A DNA stretch of 64,000 nucleotides from Candidatus Spongiihabitans sp. (GTDB lineage: Bacteria; Pseudomonadota; Gammaproteobacteria; Arenicellales; Poriferihabitantaceae). Under the pieces are notes generated by a model, which was not told the origin of the DNA, ran no database searches, and saw only the letters and a list, made by a program, of their open reading frames with translations. Positions 26,942-41,296 of this stretch are shown piece by piece (position 1 is the stretch's first letter; the number at the start of each line of letters is the position of its first letter). Both the position numbers and the translations under genes were made by a program. Where the stretch lies: positions 195,121 through 259,120 of the forward strand of contig NZ_OZ250154.1 of assembly GCF_965237845.1 (NCBI RefSeq), given 5' to 3'.

Positions 26942-28054
26942 TCAGGACAAATGAGGTTTTGAGAGGTATTCACGAGAACTCATCTCAGTCAGACGGCTGG
27001 CGGTGCGTTTAAATGGCTCAGCCAGTCTTTTCCCGGTATATATATTTTCTGGCGGATGAGCGGAAGATACGATCAAGTTGACGTTACGGTCATACAACTC
27101 ATCAACCAATTCCACGAATCTTCTGGCCGCATCATCGCGCGTGGCATCTAATCGCGGAATGTTGGAAAGCAGGATGGTATGGCACTGCTTGGCGATTTCG
27201 ATGTAATCAGATTTGGATCGATTGGTCTGGCACAAGGATTGGAATTCGAGCCAGACAACCCCGGAACCGGCGGCCACAATCGCGATGTCCCTGCCAAGAA
27301 TCGTCATTACTTTTACGCTGTTTACATTGGCCGGCACGCTCTCATCGACCGTGCCTGCCAATTGATTGAAGCATTTGGCCAGTTCCGAATCCGCCTGTTG
27401 CCCCGGCGGTATATGAAAAATGGCATGCCCCTGCAAATACGCCATGCGATAGTCGTTGCCGCTATCGACATGTATCGCAACGGTATGCTTTTTGAGCAGG
27501 GCAATAGCCGGCAAGAACCGAGGCCGTTGGAAACCATCCCGGTAAAGATTATTTATCTCGGTATTCGATGTCGTTACTAACACCACGCCTTGTCTGAAAA
27601 AGTGATCAAGCAATCCAGACAAAATCATGGCATCGGTGATATCCGTTACAGAAAATTCATCAAGGCACAGGACTTTTATCCTGGACGCGAAACTTGCTGC
27701 GACCATGCCGAGAGGATCCTGGCGGTCTGTGATTTGATTTTTCCGGTCGTGGACCGATTGCATGAAACGATGGAAATGAATGCGTTGGCTTAATCCTTCT
27801 GGCAAAGATTGATAGAACATATCCATAAGTATCGTCTTGCCGGTTCCAACGCCGCCCCAGAAGTAATAGCCCTGGACCGGCTCTTTGGTCGGTTTGAATA
27901 GGCGTTGAAACCAGTTTCCTTTGTCTTGATTCGAGACCAGTTTATGGAACAGCGCATCAAGATGCCTGATTGCATTGAGTTGCGCCGAATCAGGGTTCAA
28001 TTCTCCCTGTTCAATGCTGCGTTGATAAATTGTCAAGGGTGTACTTCGCATCAT
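26942..28054 (-). CDS. zapE: Cell division protein ZapE (AFG1-like ATPase)
   Basis: 370 aa with Walker A WGGVGTGKT and Walker B VLCLDEF. AFG1/YhcM family pattern. Confidence 0.85.
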   Translation of the reverse strand: MMRSTPLTIYQRSIEQGELNPDSAQLNAIRHLDALFHKLVSNQDKGNWFQRLFKPTKEPVQGYYFWGGVGTGKTILMDMFYQSLPEGLSQRIHFHRFMQSVHDRKNQITDRQDPLGMVAASFASRIKVLCLDEFSVTDITDAMILSGLLDHFFRQGVVLVTTSNTEINNLYRDGFQRPRFLPAIALLKKHTVAIHVDSGNDYRMAYLQGHAIFHIPPGQQADSELAKCFNQLAGTVDESVPANVNSVKVMTILGRDIAIVAAGSGVVWLEFQSLCQTNRSKSDYIEIAKQCHTILLSNIPRLDATRDDAARRFVELVDELYDRNVNLIVSSAHPPENIYTGKRLAEPFKRTASRLTEMSSREYLSKPHLS

Positions 28055-28322
28055 ATGATTTTAAAGGAACGAGCACGAGCATGAATTCAAGAGCAAACTT
28101 AAACATAACCTATACTCGATGCCATGCTCTGCTATGCCCGATCAAAGATTTAGACCGAGGTGCAAGAATTTATAAACGAGGTGTACTTCGCATCATATGA
28201 TTTTAAAGGAACGAGCACGAGCATGAATTCAAGAGCAAACTTAAACATAACCTATACTTGATGCCACGTTCTGCTATGCCCGATCAAAGATTTAGACCGA
28301 GGTTCAAGAATAACTAAACGAG
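28039..28322. repeat. Tandem duplication, 2 x 142 bp (about 95 percent identical), including the first 16 nt of zapE and its upstream region
   Basis: Copies at 28039-28180 and 28181-28322. Both start gtgtacttcgcatcatatgattttaaaggaacgagcacgagc... I counted 7 mismatches by eye. Confidence 0.95.
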
Positions 28323-28637
28323 GCAATTTTGAGTGGTCACCGGATCTTCCAACAATATTCTGTGTTACCCATTAAATCAGGTTTATGATTCAGTATCAAA
28401 CTGCTTGCAGTTTATGCGGGTAAAGCGATAGATTGTCAACACGATGGATGTACGAGCTAGTACTCGCCCGCTCATGATGGAGCAGGATTCGAACGATGGT
28501 GGTATTATCAACCAATCACTCAAACTGCCTGATTTTGTCTCATAATGTGGTGAACTCGGACAGATAGTTGACCTTATGACCAACAACGAGTAGTCTGTGC
28601 GCCCGATTTCTCATTACAAACCAACAAAGAGTCTGCC

Positions 28638-30793
<2,156 letters not shown>

Positions 30794-30950
30794 CAAATTC
30801 CCGACTTACTCAGGCTACTCAGGCGCCAGCCCGATAATACCGTTATCTTGCCAGTCAATGCCTGTTGTTCGGAATTGACAGGACAATCCGCATCCGCAAT
30901 TTCGCGTAAAATATAAGATTCACACTATTCTTTGTATTAGTATTGCTATC

Positions 30951-31313
30951 ATGAGCAAACACGTTCCCACCGAAATAAATTTAAATCGGCGCACTAGAAT
31001 ATTGACGGTGACGTTTGATGACGAATCATTTGATTTAAGTTGCGAGTATCTGAGAGTGCATTCTCCATCCGCCGAAGTGAAAGGCCATGGGCCTGGACAG
31101 GAAGTGCTGCAAATTGGTAAGGAACACGTCAACATTGATGCCATTGAGCCGGTTGGAAATTATGCGATCAAGCCGGTATTCGATGATGGTCACGACACCG
31201 GCATTTTTTCCTGGGAAACGCTGTATGAGCTAGGCAAGCATCAGGCGGAAAACTGGGCCATTTATACGCAAAGATTGGATGCGGCCGGCCATTCCAGAAA
31301 ATTGGACGCATAA
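30951..31313 (+). CDS. DUF971 family protein
   Basis: 120 aa, LRVHSPSAEVKGHGPGQ...I.PVGNYAIKPVFDDGHDTGIFSW pattern. Confidence 0.75.
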   Translation: MSKHVPTEINLNRRTRILTVTFDDESFDLSCEYLRVHSPSAEVKGHGPGQEVLQIGKEHVNIDAIEPVGNYAIKPVFDDGHDTGIFSWETLYELGKHQAENWAIYTQRLDAAGHSRKLDA

Positions 31314-31350
31314 TTAATTTGGTTAGGTTGGACCGCCTTATTTAAATTCG

Positions 31351-32136
31351 ATGAGCAAAAACCCCCAAGGCCATTCATCCGGGCAAGCGCACGCCGAAAA
31401 TCAAACCCATTTTGGTTTTCGCTCGGTGGATGAATCGGCAAAGGAAAAGTTGGTCGGCGCTGTTTTCAGTTCGGTGGCATCGAAATATGACATCATGAAC
31501 GATTTCATGTCGTTTGGCGTGCATCGATTATGGAAGCGATTTGCGGTTTCCCAAAGTGGATTAAGGCCGGGCGGGCATGTTTTAGAGGTTGCTGGCGGCA
31601 GCGGCGACCTGGCCCGTCACTTTGCAAGGCAGGTTGGACAAAGCGGAAAAGTCCTGTTGACCGATATCAATACCGACATGCTTGCACAAGGCAAGGCAAA
31701 AATGATCGATGCGGGTTTAGCGGGTAATATCGAATACGCCATTGTCGACGCGGAAAATCTGGAGTTTGAAGAAGATCAATTCGATTGCGTTGCTATTTCA
31801 TTTGGATTACGCAATGTCACGCGCAAGGACAAAGCATTGGAATCAATGTATCGGGTGCTAAAGCCAGGCGGTCGAATGATGGTGCTGGAATTCTCAAAAC
31901 CAGTGATTCCCATGCTCAGTAAAATTTATGACTATTATTCGTTCAACGCAATTCCAAAAATAGGAAAATGGGTGGCCAATGATCAGAAAAGTTATCAGTA
32001 TCTGGTTGAATCCATACGCCAACACCCGGATCAGGAGACATTGCGGAAAATGATGCTGGAAGCAGGTTTTGACGAGGTTAAATATCACAACCTGAGTGCC
32101 GGGATCGTGGCGCTTCACCTGGGTTTTAAGTTTTAG
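31351..32136 (+). CDS. ubiE: Ubiquinone/menaquinone biosynthesis C-methyltransferase
   Basis: 261 aa, [18 protein letters not shown]...[12 protein letters not shown]...ISFGLRNVT. Confidence 0.9.
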   Translation: MSKNPQGHSSGQAHAENQTHFGFRSVDESAKEKLVGAVFSSVASKYDIMNDFMSFGVHRLWKRFAVSQSGLRPGGHVLEVAGGSGDLARHFARQVGQSGKVLLTDINTDMLAQGKAKMIDAGLAGNIEYAIVDAENLEFEEDQFDCVAISFGLRNVTRKDKALESMYRVLKPGGRMMVLEFSKPVIPMLSKIYDYYSFNAIPKIGKWVANDQKSYQYLVESIRQHPDQETLRKMMLEAGFDEVKYHNLSAGIVALHLGFKF

Positions 32137-32193
32137 CCCGGATTTTAAATTTTCAATTCACCTGCGGCCGTCGCCAATTTTCAGATTCCCAGA

Positions 32194-32832
32194 ATGAGCG
32201 CATTCTTCGATTTTTTAAACCGAACTTCCGAGGTTCTTTTGAGCGTTGATCCTGATGGCCAGGAAAAACTCGCCAAGCTTGAAGGCAAGGTTCTGTGCAT
32301 TGAAATCACTATTCCACAATTAACATTATATATGAGTCCCTCGAGAGAGGGTTTGAAAATCAAGCAGCAATGTGATTCTGAAGCAGATGTCACTTTAACC
32401 GGATCGGCCATGGGGTTTGTCAAACTCGGTGCAGCGGGAATAGGCAGCGGGGTCTTGTCTGACGGACGGGTAACGATGCAAGGTGATACCGAAACCGGCC
32501 AGGCTTTTCAGAAAATATTGTCGCAGCTGGATATTGACTGGGAGGAATTACTATCTCGATATATTGGCGACACACCAGCAAGGAAAGCAGGAAATGCTGT
32601 CCGAAATTTCGGCTTCTGGGCTTCGCAGTCGCTGGATTTATCCCGGCACAATACAGGAGAATTCTTGCAAGAAGAAAAGCGAGTGTTAGTCACTAACCTG
32701 GCTATGGAACGATTCCAGGATTCGGTGGATAAGTTGCGCGCTGACACGGATCGCCTGGAACAAAGAATTTCGCGCCTAAAGAAAAACTTGCAGAAAAATC
32801 TGCATCCTAAAGCCCGACCAATCCTTGACTAA
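32194..32832 (+). CDS. ubiJ: Ubiquinone biosynthesis accessory factor UbiJ (SCP2 domain)
   Basis: 212 aa lying between ubiE and ubiB, with an SCP2-like N-terminal part. Confidence 0.7.
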   Translation: MSAFFDFLNRTSEVLLSVDPDGQEKLAKLEGKVLCIEITIPQLTLYMSPSREGLKIKQQCDSEADVTLTGSAMGFVKLGAAGIGSGVLSDGRVTMQGDTETGQAFQKILSQLDIDWEELLSRYIGDTPARKAGNAVRNFGFWASQSLDLSRHNTGEFLQEEKRVLVTNLAMERFQDSVDKLRADTDRLEQRISRLKKNLQKNLHPKARPILD

Positions 32833-34486
32833 AAACTTTTTCCACTTGCTGAGAATCGCTCGAGTCCTGACTAGGCATGGTTTGGACGAATTCGTATCTG
32901 CATTGCATTTATTTAGACCCTACACTTTTCTATTCAAACTAATCCCGGTGCGTAGGCGGCGTGAGTTGCCGAGAGGAGACCGACTGCGAATGGCATTGGA
33001 GGAATTGGGGCCGGTATTTGTAAAGTTCGGCCAGGTGCTTTCCACCCGTCCGGATTTGTTGCCGGCGGATATCGCTCAGTCTCTTGTCAAACTTCAAGAT
33101 CAGGTGCCGCCTTTCCCGGGGGATGAAGCGGTCAAGATTATTGAAGCGGCTTATGGCGACAAACTGGAAAATCATTTTAAGACCTTTGAAAAAGAATCCA
33201 CCGCTTCAGCGTCGGTTGCCCAAGTACACTATGCACAATTACACGATGGTTCTGATGTCGTGGTTAAAGTTTTACGCCCTGACGTTGAACCTATTATCAA
33301 ACGGGATCTTGAATTGCTGTATGTCCTGGCAGATTTGGCGGATCGTTATTGGTCTCAGGGAAAACGTTTGAAGCCAAAGGAAATAGTTTCCGACTACGAC
33401 AAAACCATCCACGATGAATTGGACATGATGCGAGAGGCGGCCAGTGCCAGTCAGCTAAAAGTTAATTTCGAAAATTCCGATTTAATCTATATTCCACAAG
33501 TTTATTGGGAACATACCAATCGCAATGTATTGGTAATGGAAAGAATCCACGGCATCCCCATTCGCGATGTGCAACGACTGAAGGGCGCGGGAATCGACAT
33601 GAAAAAGTTAGCCCATGCCGGAGTGGAGATTTTTTTCACCCAAGCCTTTCGAGACGGTTTCTTTCATGCGGATATGCATCCGGGCAATATTTTCGTATCC
33701 GAGGATGGGCAATACCGGGCCGTTGATTTTGGCATTATGGGCACGTTGAGTACTGCTGATAAACGTTACCTGGCGGAAAATTTACTGGCGTTTTTCAATA
33801 GAGATTATCACCGTGTCGCCGATGCACATATTCGAGCAGGGTGGGTTCCGCCAGGCACCAATACGGAAGATTTTGAAGGCGCAATACGCACCGTGTGCGA
33901 GCCGATATTTTCGCGTCCGATTAGCGAAATTTCATTCGGCACATTTTTAGTGGATTTGTTTCGTGTTGCGCGGCGATTTAATATGCCGGTGCAACCCCAG
34001 TTGGTGTTGCTGCAGAAGACGCTGTTGAATATCGAGGGTTTGGGTCGACAGCTTTACCCGCAGCTTGATCTTTGGGAAACCGCCAAGCCATTTCTTGAAA
34101 AGTGGACGAAAGAACAAATTGGACCGCGAGCGGCGATAAGAACAATTAAGCGTGAATTGCCGAATCTTTTTACCCTGGCGCCGGAATTGCCGGGGCTGGC
34201 ACATCAACTGATGCATCGATTGAAAAACGATGAAATGATAATACGCACCCAGGATCGGGAAGTCGAGAAGTTGAAAAATCAAATTGCCTGGCAGCATAAG
34301 AGAACAATTAAAATAGTGTTGGGCGTTGGATTGATCATCATCGCTTTCATTGCGCTTCCTGATCCTCAGCAACTTTCGTCAATGCCGCTAATCGGCTGGC
34401 TGGCATTCGCCGGCGGCATGCTAATGTTACTGCTCGCGAAAATGTCAAAACTGGACCGCCGCAACAATTACTCCAGAAATAAATGA
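32825..34486 (+). CDS. ubiB: Ubiquinone biosynthesis regulatory kinase-like protein UbiB (ABC1 family)
   Basis: 553 aa with [26 protein letters not shown] and [10 protein letters not shown] motifs and C-terminal TM helices. TTG start overlapping ubiJ. Confidence 0.9.
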   Translation: MTKNFFHLLRIARVLTRHGLDEFVSALHLFRPYTFLFKLIPVRRRRELPRGDRLRMALEELGPVFVKFGQVLSTRPDLLPADIAQSLVKLQDQVPPFPGDEAVKIIEAAYGDKLENHFKTFEKESTASASVAQVHYAQLHDGSDVVVKVLRPDVEPIIKRDLELLYVLADLADRYWSQGKRLKPKEIVSDYDKTIHDELDMMREAASASQLKVNFENSDLIYIPQVYWEHTNRNVLVMERIHGIPIRDVQRLKGAGIDMKKLAHAGVEIFFTQAFRDGFFHADMHPGNIFVSEDGQYRAVDFGIMGTLSTADKRYLAENLLAFFNRDYHRVADAHIRAGWVPPGTNTEDFEGAIRTVCEPIFSRPISEISFGTFLVDLFRVARRFNMPVQPQLVLLQKTLLNIEGLGRQLYPQLDLWETAKPFLEKWTKEQIGPRAAIRTIKRELPNLFTLAPELPGLAHQLMHRLKNDEMIIRTQDREVEKLKNQIAWQHKRTIKIVLGVGLIIIAFIALPDPQQLSSMPLIGWLAFAGGMLMLLLAKMSKLDRRNNYSRNK

Positions 34487-35685
34487 TGGCGACCGCACCG
34501 TTTCCCCCTCAATTTCCCCCTCCGTTTCAATGGCAAGACCCATTCGATTTTGATTCCCAACTTGGCGAGGATGAGCGCATGGTGCGCGATAGCGTTCGGG
34601 AGTTTTGTGACCATGCACTAATGCCTGGAATCGTGGAGGCCAACCGCTTTGAGAATTTTGATCCAAACATTATGCGACAGTTTGGCGCGCTCGGCATGTT
34701 GGGCAGCACGCTTCCAGAGCAATACGGCTGCGCCGGCCTGAATCATGTTTGTTATGGTCTCATCGCCCGGGAAGTTGAGCGCGTGGATAGTGGTTATCGC
34801 TCGGCAATGAGTGTGCAATCATCTTTGGTGATGCATCCGATATATGCTTATGGCAGCGAACCACAAAAACAGAAATACCTGCCCGAATTAGCAACCGGCG
34901 AACTAATTGGTTGTTTCGGCCTGACCGAACCCGATCACGGTTCCGACCCCGGCAGCATGAAAACACGGGCCGGGAAAGTTGATGGCGGCTATCAATTGAA
35001 CGGCAGTAAAATGTGGATCAGCAATTCACCGATTGCCGACATTGCCATAGTTTGGGGGAAACTCGATGGGGTCATTCGTGGTTTCATTCTCGAACGCGAC
35101 ATGGATGGTTTTAGCACGCCAAAGATTGAAGGCAAGATGAGTCTGCGCGCTTCGGTTACCGGTGAAATAGTGATGCAGGATGTGTTTGTGCCGGAAGACA
35201 ATATTTTGCCCGGGGCGGAAGGGCTAAAAGGGCCTTTCGGATGTTTGAACAAGGCGCGCTATGGCATCGCCTGGGGGGTCTTGGGCGCAGCTGAATTTTG
35301 CTGGCACGCGGCCCGCAACTACGCGCTGGCGCGCACACAGTTTGGACGACCGCTGGCGCAAAACCAACTGATTCAGAAAAAATTGGTCGATATGCAAACC
35401 GAAATCACCTTAGGCTTGCAGGCCTGTTTACGCGTCGGGCGGCTAATGGACGACAATGCCTGTGCGGTCGAAAATGTTTCTATGATCAAACGAAATAACT
35501 GCGGAAAAGCGCTGGATATTGCCAGGCAGGCCCGGGATATTCATGGCGGGAATGGCATATCCGATGAATACCACGTTATTCGCCATATGTGCAATCTCGA
35601 ATCGGTAAACACCTACGAAGGCACTCACGATATCCATGCGTTGATTCTGGGTCGCGCGCAAACCGGATTGCAAGCCTTTTTCTAA
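34483..35685 (+). CDS. gcdH: Glutaryl-CoA dehydrogenase (acyl-CoA dehydrogenase family)
   Basis: 400 aa, [14 protein letters not shown]...[10 protein letters not shown]...[14 protein letters not shown]. Confidence 0.8.
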   Translation: MMATAPFPPQFPPPFQWQDPFDFDSQLGEDERMVRDSVREFCDHALMPGIVEANRFENFDPNIMRQFGALGMLGSTLPEQYGCAGLNHVCYGLIAREVERVDSGYRSAMSVQSSLVMHPIYAYGSEPQKQKYLPELATGELIGCFGLTEPDHGSDPGSMKTRAGKVDGGYQLNGSKMWISNSPIADIAIVWGKLDGVIRGFILERDMDGFSTPKIEGKMSLRASVTGEIVMQDVFVPEDNILPGAEGLKGPFGCLNKARYGIAWGVLGAAEFCWHAARNYALARTQFGRPLAQNQLIQKKLVDMQTEITLGLQACLRVGRLMDDNACAVENVSMIKRNNCGKALDIARQARDIHGGNGISDEYHVIRHMCNLESVNTYEGTHDIHALILGRAQTGLQAFF

Positions 35686-35835
35686 TCTTGCAATGCGACT
35701 ACAGGTTAGCGTTATCGGTTATTATTTGTTGATTATCAATCAGGTTTTTTCTCATCGCTCGATCGTTAGTTTCGAGTAATGTAGAGTAACTAGACGCTCG
35801 CTGAATTCAAGCGTTAAGCCGCTTCAATAAATGAT

Positions 35836-35857
35836 GGGTCTTAACTAGTCAAGACCC
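35836..35857. repeat. Perfect-armed 22-bp palindrome GGGTCTTAACTAGTCAAGACCC
   Basis: The 7-bp arms GGGTCTT/AAGACCC flank AACTAGTC. Related copies occur at 16631-16650 and 18080-18101. Confidence 0.85.
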
Positions 35858-36028
35858 TAGATATTTATCACTTAATGTTTGATTTTTCAAAAAATTTAGG
35901 AGATTCAGATACTTAACCTTACAAACACAAATATACCAACGACTAGGATAAATCCATCCAACCTGCTAAGAATAGGGAGCAGTCATACACATAACTTATG
36001 CTACAATACACATTTTAAGGAGTTAAAA

Positions 36029-36274
36029 ATGCTAAACACCGCCCACAGAACCAACATCGTTTTAGATGAATCTATCGTCCAGGAAGCCCTAAAACTCAGC
36101 AAACTAAAAACTAAGCGAGCTTTGATAGATACTGCCTTGAGGGAGTTTATCAGCAACCATAAACCCAAAAATAGCATGGCGGCATTATTAAAATCATTGA
36201 ATGGCGAAAGCCCTTTTTATGATGACTACGATTATAAGGCGATGCGTGTTAATCCACACCTACCCAAAGGCTAA
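36029..36274 (+). CDS. vapB: Type II antitoxin, VapB family
   Basis: 81 aa, RTNIVLDESIVQEALKLSKLKTKRALIDTALREFI. Lies immediately upstream of a PIN gene. Confidence 0.8.
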   Translation: MLNTAHRTNIVLDESIVQEALKLSKLKTKRALIDTALREFISNHKPKNSMAALLKSLNGESPFYDDYDYKAMRVNPHLPKG

Positions 36275-36277
36275 CCT

Positions 36278-36670
36278 ATGTATCTGGCTGATACCTCAAT
36301 CTGGATTGACATACTCAATAATAACGCAAGTAATAACAACAAAGAATTATTTGCATCTGGAAAATTGGGGCTAACTTCCACGATTTATCTTGAAGTGTTG
36401 CAAGGCTCTAAAAATACAGTGCTATTCAAGAAAATCAAACAGGTGCTACTTGAGCAAAAATTTTATTACCTCAAAGACCAAAAAGAAAGCTACGAACAAG
36501 CCGCCCTCATCTACTCAAAATGCCGTAAAAAAGGCATCACCATCCGCGCCAGCATCGATTGCCTCATCGCCCAATGTGCCATCGAAAACGACTTGATTTT
36601 ATTACACAACGATCAAGATTTTGAGCGCATTGCCAGCGTTATCCCAGAATTTAACCAAACAATATGCTAG
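36278..36670 (+). CDS. vapC: PIN-domain ribonuclease toxin VapC
   Basis: 130 aa, MYLADTSIWID (first acidic residue)...EVLQG...IDCLIAQCAI...LLHNDQDFERI. Confidence 0.8.
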   Translation: MYLADTSIWIDILNNNASNNNKELFASGKLGLTSTIYLEVLQGSKNTVLFKKIKQVLLEQKFYYLKDQKESYEQAALIYSKCRKKGITIRASIDCLIAQCAIENDLILLHNDQDFERIASVIPEFNQTIC

Positions 36671-36978
36671 CCACCATCATTTTTAATGCCGATAAAATAA
36701 AATTTGGAAAATAAAATGCTAACACTTGATAATGTGCATGATACTGATTTTGATAAACTAAAGATTGATGAGCAATGGAATTATGAATATGAGATAGAGC
36801 ATAGAATGCACCATATTCATGAAAATGTTTTATAAATTTTATTCAGGTGGGTTTATTCGTTAGACTGCATCAATATAGTTTGTTCTCGTTTCCGTCGTTC
36901 TGGTTCATCGTTACTCCAGTGCGGTAATATCGCTAACTTTCATAGCAAATCCCCATTATCGACCTAATCATCCTGCAA

Positions 36979-39888
36979 ATGAACCCGGAAATAAACTTGA
37001 ACAAATCCTATAACCCCGGCGATATCGAATCGCGCTGGTATCGCCACTGGGAGGAACGAGGCTACTTCTCCCCGGGCCCCCCTGATCCGCACAAGCCATC
37101 CTACTGCATCATGATACCGCCGCCTAATGTTACCGGTAGTTTGCATATGGGGCATGCGTTTCAGGACACCATCATGGATGCATTAACCCGATATCATCGG
37201 ATGAAGGGTTGCCGCACCTTGTGGCAGCCGGGCATGGATCATGCGGGAATAGCGACTCAGATGGTGGTCGAGCGATTGATCAATGCACAAGGACAAAACC
37301 GCCACGACTACGGTCGCGACCGCTTCATCGAAAAAGTCTGGCAATGGAAATCCGAATCCGGCGGCATGATTACGCAACAACTGCGTCGTCTGGGCGCTTC
37401 GCCCGACTGGGAAAATGAAAGGTTTACTATGGATGACGGGTTAAGCGAAGCGGTTAACGAAGTGTTTGTTACGCTGTTTGATGAAGGAATTATTTATCGC
37501 GGCAAACGACTGGTTAATTGGGATCCGGTTCTGCATACCGCGCTATCCGACCTTGAAGTCTTATCGGAGGAAGAAAAAGGCAGTCTGTGGCATTTGCGTT
37601 ACCCGCTGATGGATGGCGAGGGCTATTTAACCGTCGCTACCACGCGGCCGGAGACGATGTTGGGGGATAGCGCGGTAGCGGTACACCCGGGCGATCAGCG
37701 ATTTGCACATCTAGTTGGCAAATTTGTCGAGCTGCCGCTGACTAATCGCAGGCTGCCCATAATCGCAGACGAATATGTCGATCCTGAATTTGGCTCCGGT
37801 TGTGTGAAGATTACCCCGGCCCACGACTATAACGATTATCAGGTTTGGCTGCGTCATCGCCACAATAAAGCAATGCTGGATCAGATTCACGGCGGCTTGA
37901 TCAACGTGTTTACCGATGATGCGGCCATCCGGGGTAATGTAAATGATGAAGATATCGATGAAGGGGAACTGATGCCTGATGCGTATATCGGACTTGACCG
38001 TTTTGAAGCACGTAAAAAGATTGTGGTTGATTTACAAGCGCAAGGATTGTTAGAGCGAATTGACGTTCATAAGCTGATGATTCCCAGAGGAGATCGAAGT
38101 GGAGCGGTGATCGAGCCCTATTTGACCGACCAATGGTACGTCGATCTAACCCGTGACAAACTTGAAGACGGACGCCCGGGCGGCAAAGCGAAAATCACCG
38201 ACCCGGCTATTGAGGCGGTAAAAAACGGTTCAATCGAATTTGTGCCAGCCAATTGGCGCAAGATCTATTTTCAATGGCTGGAGAATATCGAAGATTGGTG
38301 TATTTCCAGGCAAATTTGGTGGGGACACCGCATTCCGGCCTGGTATGACCAACCAGGCAATATTTATGTCGGCAAAACTGAAGCGCATGTCAGGCATAAA
38401 TATGCCATTGGCGACGAGGTCGGATTACGCCAGGACGACGATGTGCTCGATACTTGGTTCAGCTCTGCATTGTGGCCGTTTTCCACTCTGGGCTGGCCGG
38501 AAAAAACCGAACGGCTGAACACTTTTTATCCTACCAGTGTTTTGGTAACCGGGTTTGATATTATATTTTTCTGGGTCGCCAGGATGATTATGATGGGCAC
38601 AAAGTTTATCGGGCAAGTGCCATTTCGACAGGTTTATATTCATGGATTGATTCGTGACGCGCATGGCCAAAAGATGTCCAAGTCAAAAGGCAACGTGCTG
38701 GACCCGATTGATTTAATTGACGGCATTGAACTGGAGGCGCTGGTCGACAAGCGTGTCAAAGGCATGATGCAGCCGCACCTGGCTTCAAGCATCGCCAAAC
38801 AAACCCGCAACGATTATCCCGATGGCATCCCTGGTTTTGGCGCCGACGCGCTGCGTTTCACTTTTGCCGCACTGGCATCAAATGGGCGGAATATTAATTT
38901 TGATTTGGGGCGCATCAAAGGATATCGTAATTTCTGCAACAAAATCTGGAATGCCGCGCGCTTTGTGTTGATCAATACCGAAGGCAAGGACTGCGGACAG
39001 GATTCAATTGAATTTGGGTCAACTGAATTTGAGCTTTCGAACGCGGATAAATGGATGGTTTCACAGCTACAGCGCAGCGAATTAAAAATAGAAAAAGCGA
39101 TAAATAAATATCGATTCGATTTGGTGGCCCAGGAAATTTATGACTTAGTCTGGAATAAATATTGCGATTGGTATTTGGAGCTATGCAAGCCGGCGCTTAA
39201 CAGTCAGGATAGCAGCGAGGCTTTACAGGTCGGAAGCAGACGAACTCTGGTCGCGGTATTAGAAACCATATTGCGGCTCGCCCACCCTATCATGCCGTTT
39301 ATAACGGAAGAAATTTGGCAGCGTATTTCATTGCTTGCGGCTAAACATGGCGAGACCATCATGACCCAGCCCTATCCACAATTTGACTTAAACAAAGTTG
39401 ACGACCAGGCTGAACGAGAAATGGAATGGGTCATGCAATTTATTCTTGGTATCAGAAAAATCAAGGGAGAACTGGATATCGCGCCGGGGAAACGCGTTCC
39501 CGTATTGCTCGCCGATGCGTCAACTGTCGATCTGGAACGGCTAAAGCGCAATAACTCCTACCTTGACGTTGTCGGAAAAACCGAATCCATTGGTATCCTG
39601 GATGATGGCGATGAACCGCCGGAGTGTTCTATCGCCATGGTTGGAAATATGAAACTATTGATTCCGATTGCCGGATTGATCGACAAGGATGCGGAGCTGG
39701 ACCGACTGAGCAAATTGGCAAACAAGACCCGGGATGAACTCGACAAAATCACTAAAAAGTTAGCCAATCCGGGGTTTGTTTCCAAAGCGCCGAAAGCAGT
39801 GGTGGAGAATGAAAAGAAGAAGCTGGCCGATCTTGAGGTAAAAATATCCGGGGTTGCCGAGCAGATCGAGAAAATTTCAGCGCTGTAA
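36979..39888 (+). CDS. valS: Valine--tRNA ligase
   Basis: 969 aa with HIGH-type [21 protein letters not shown] and a C-terminal coiled coil. Confidence 0.95.
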   Translation: MNPEINLNKSYNPGDIESRWYRHWEERGYFSPGPPDPHKPSYCIMIPPPNVTGSLHMGHAFQDTIMDALTRYHRMKGCRTLWQPGMDHAGIATQMVVERLINAQGQNRHDYGRDRFIEKVWQWKSESGGMITQQLRRLGASPDWENERFTMDDGLSEAVNEVFVTLFDEGIIYRGKRLVNWDPVLHTALSDLEVLSEEEKGSLWHLRYPLMDGEGYLTVATTRPETMLGDSAVAVHPGDQRFAHLVGKFVELPLTNRRLPIIADEYVDPEFGSGCVKITPAHDYNDYQVWLRHRHNKAMLDQIHGGLINVFTDDAAIRGNVNDEDIDEGELMPDAYIGLDRFEARKKIVVDLQAQGLLERIDVHKLMIPRGDRSGAVIEPYLTDQWYVDLTRDKLEDGRPGGKAKITDPAIEAVKNGSIEFVPANWRKIYFQWLENIEDWCISRQIWWGHRIPAWYDQPGNIYVGKTEAHVRHKYAIGDEVGLRQDDDVLDTWFSSALWPFSTLGWPEKTERLNTFYPTSVLVTGFDIIFFWVARMIMMGTKFIGQVPFRQVYIHGLIRDAHGQKMSKSKGNVLDPIDLIDGIELEALVDKRVKGMMQPHLASSIAKQTRNDYPDGIPGFGADALRFTFAALASNGRNINFDLGRIKGYRNFCNKIWNAARFVLINTEGKDCGQDSIEFGSTEFELSNADKWMVSQLQRSELKIEKAINKYRFDLVAQEIYDLVWNKYCDWYLELCKPALNSQDSSEALQVGSRRTLVAVLETILRLAHPIMPFITEEIWQRISLLAAKHGETIMTQPYPQFDLNKVDDQAEREMEWVMQFILGIRKIKGELDIAPGKRVPVLLADASTVDLERLKRNNSYLDVVGKTESIGILDDGDEPPECSIAMVGNMKLLIPIAGLIDKDAELDRLSKLANKTRDELDKITKKLANPGFVSKAPKAVVENEKKKLADLEVKISGVAEQIEKISAL

Positions 39889-39925
39889 GCTCGAATTTCT
39901 TAACAGTATTCTTATTCGATTCCGA

Positions 39926-41296
39926 TTAGGCATGAATGATAGTGTCGATCTGGAACTTCGCGTATCGGCCACGGGTATCGACAATTAGCCTGGCGTGGTT
40001 TTGGATCATCTGGTAATCAAAACAATCATGATCCGTGATTATCAATACCGCATCAAATTGCTCAAGATTCTGTTGCTTTATTGGTACGGTCGCTAAATCA
40101 AAATAATGATTCCGCAAGCGTGGAAAAACCGGCACATAGGGGTCGCAATAGGCGATTTCCGAACCGGCATTTTCCAGCAACGCCATGATCGCAACCGCAG
40201 GCGACTCGCGCATATCATCAATGTTCTTCTTGTAAGCTATGCCCAGGATTAGAACTTTAGCGCCAGCCAAGGTTTTATCGAAACGTTCAAGGCCCTGCGA
40301 GAGTTTTTCAACCACCCAATTTGGCATCGCCGTATTAACTTCCCCGGCCAGCTCAATGAAGCGGGTATCGACCCCGTGTTTTTTCGCTTTCCAGCTTAGA
40401 TAAAACGGGTCGATGGGGATGCAATGACCACCGAGCCCGGGGCCCGGATAGAACGCTGTAAAGCCAAAAGGTTTGGTTTTCGCGGCCTCGATAACTTCGT
40501 AAATGTTGATGCCCATATGATCAGCCACAATTTTCATTTCGTTGACCATGCCAATGTTCACCGCCCGATAAATGTTTTCAAGCAGCTTTGTCATTTCGGC
40601 AACTTTAATCGAGCTGACCGGGACAACCACATCAATCGCCTTCTCGTACAGGGCTAGTCCTACCTGCAGACATCGGTCGGTATAGCCGCCGCAAATTTTC
40701 GGGATTTTACGGGCGTCAAAATCAAGGTTGCCGGGATCTTCTCTTTCAGGCGAGTAAACCAGAAATATTTGTTCGCCCACAGTTAAACCGCCGGCGCTAA
40801 TCCGCGGATAAAGTTCCTCCTCAGTCGTTCCCGGATAAGTTGTGCTTTCAAGGGAGATAACTTGCCCTTCGTGCAAGTGCGGACAGATCGCCTCGGTTGT
40901 TTGGATAACAAAAGACAGGTCGGGCTGCCGATTTGAAGTCAGCGGCGTCGGCACACAAAGAATGATGCCGTCAACATCCTTGATTCGCGCAAAATTTGCA
41001 GTGGCGGTGAAACCGTTATTTATTGCCTGCTGCACACGGCAGGAATCTATATGGCTGATATAACTTATGCCTGAGTTTAATTGGTGCGTTTTTGATGGAT
41101 CGGTGTCAAATCCGATGACATCGTACCCGGCCGCATTAAATCGCAAAGACAGCGGGAGACCAACATAGCCGAGTCCAATGACCCCTATGGTCGCCTGGGT
41201 ATCATTGAGTTTCTTGATCAGCTTTGCCTTGGTGTTGTTCAAGTCGTATTCAATCTTTGATCTTATAATAATCTTTATACCAAGCGGTAAATTCAC
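39926..41296 (-). CDS. Nucleotide-sugar 6-dehydrogenase (UDP-GlcNAc/UDP-ManNAc dehydrogenase-like, TviB/WecC family)
   Basis: [14 protein letters not shown] Rossmann motif and GGHCIPIDP catalytic Cys motif. The real start may be the TTG at 41242, just after the upstream stop. Confidence 0.8.
   Translation of the reverse strand: MNLPLGIKIIIRSKIEYDLNNTKAKLIKKLNDTQATIGVIGLGYVGLPLSLRFNAAGYDVIGFDTDPSKTHQLNSGISYISHIDSCRVQQAINNGFTATANFARIKDVDGIILCVPTPLTSNRQPDLSFVIQTTEAICPHLHEGQVISLESTTYPGTTEEELYPRISAGGLTVGEQIFLVYSPEREDPGNLDFDARKIPKICGGYTDRCLQVGLALYEKAIDVVVPVSSIKVAEMTKLLENIYRAVNIGMVNEMKIVADHMGINIYEVIEAAKTKPFGFTAFYPGPGLGGHCIPIDPFYLSWKAKKHGVDTRFIELAGEVNTAMPNWVVEKLSQGLERFDKTLAGAKVLILGIAYKKNIDDMRESPAVAIMALLENAGSEIAYCDPYVPVFPRLRNHYFDLATVPIKQQNLEQFDAVLIITDHDCFDYQMIQNHARLIVDTRGRYAKFQIDTIIHA

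Noticed and set aside
28470-28520. GGATTCGAAC, which looks like a reverse-complemented tRNA T-loop, upstream of adk near the tandem duplication. It could have been a tRNA or tRNA-fragment attachment site.
   Set aside because: The flanking bases do not form a T-stem (GCAGG versus CGATG), and I could not build an acceptor or anticodon arm in either orientation.
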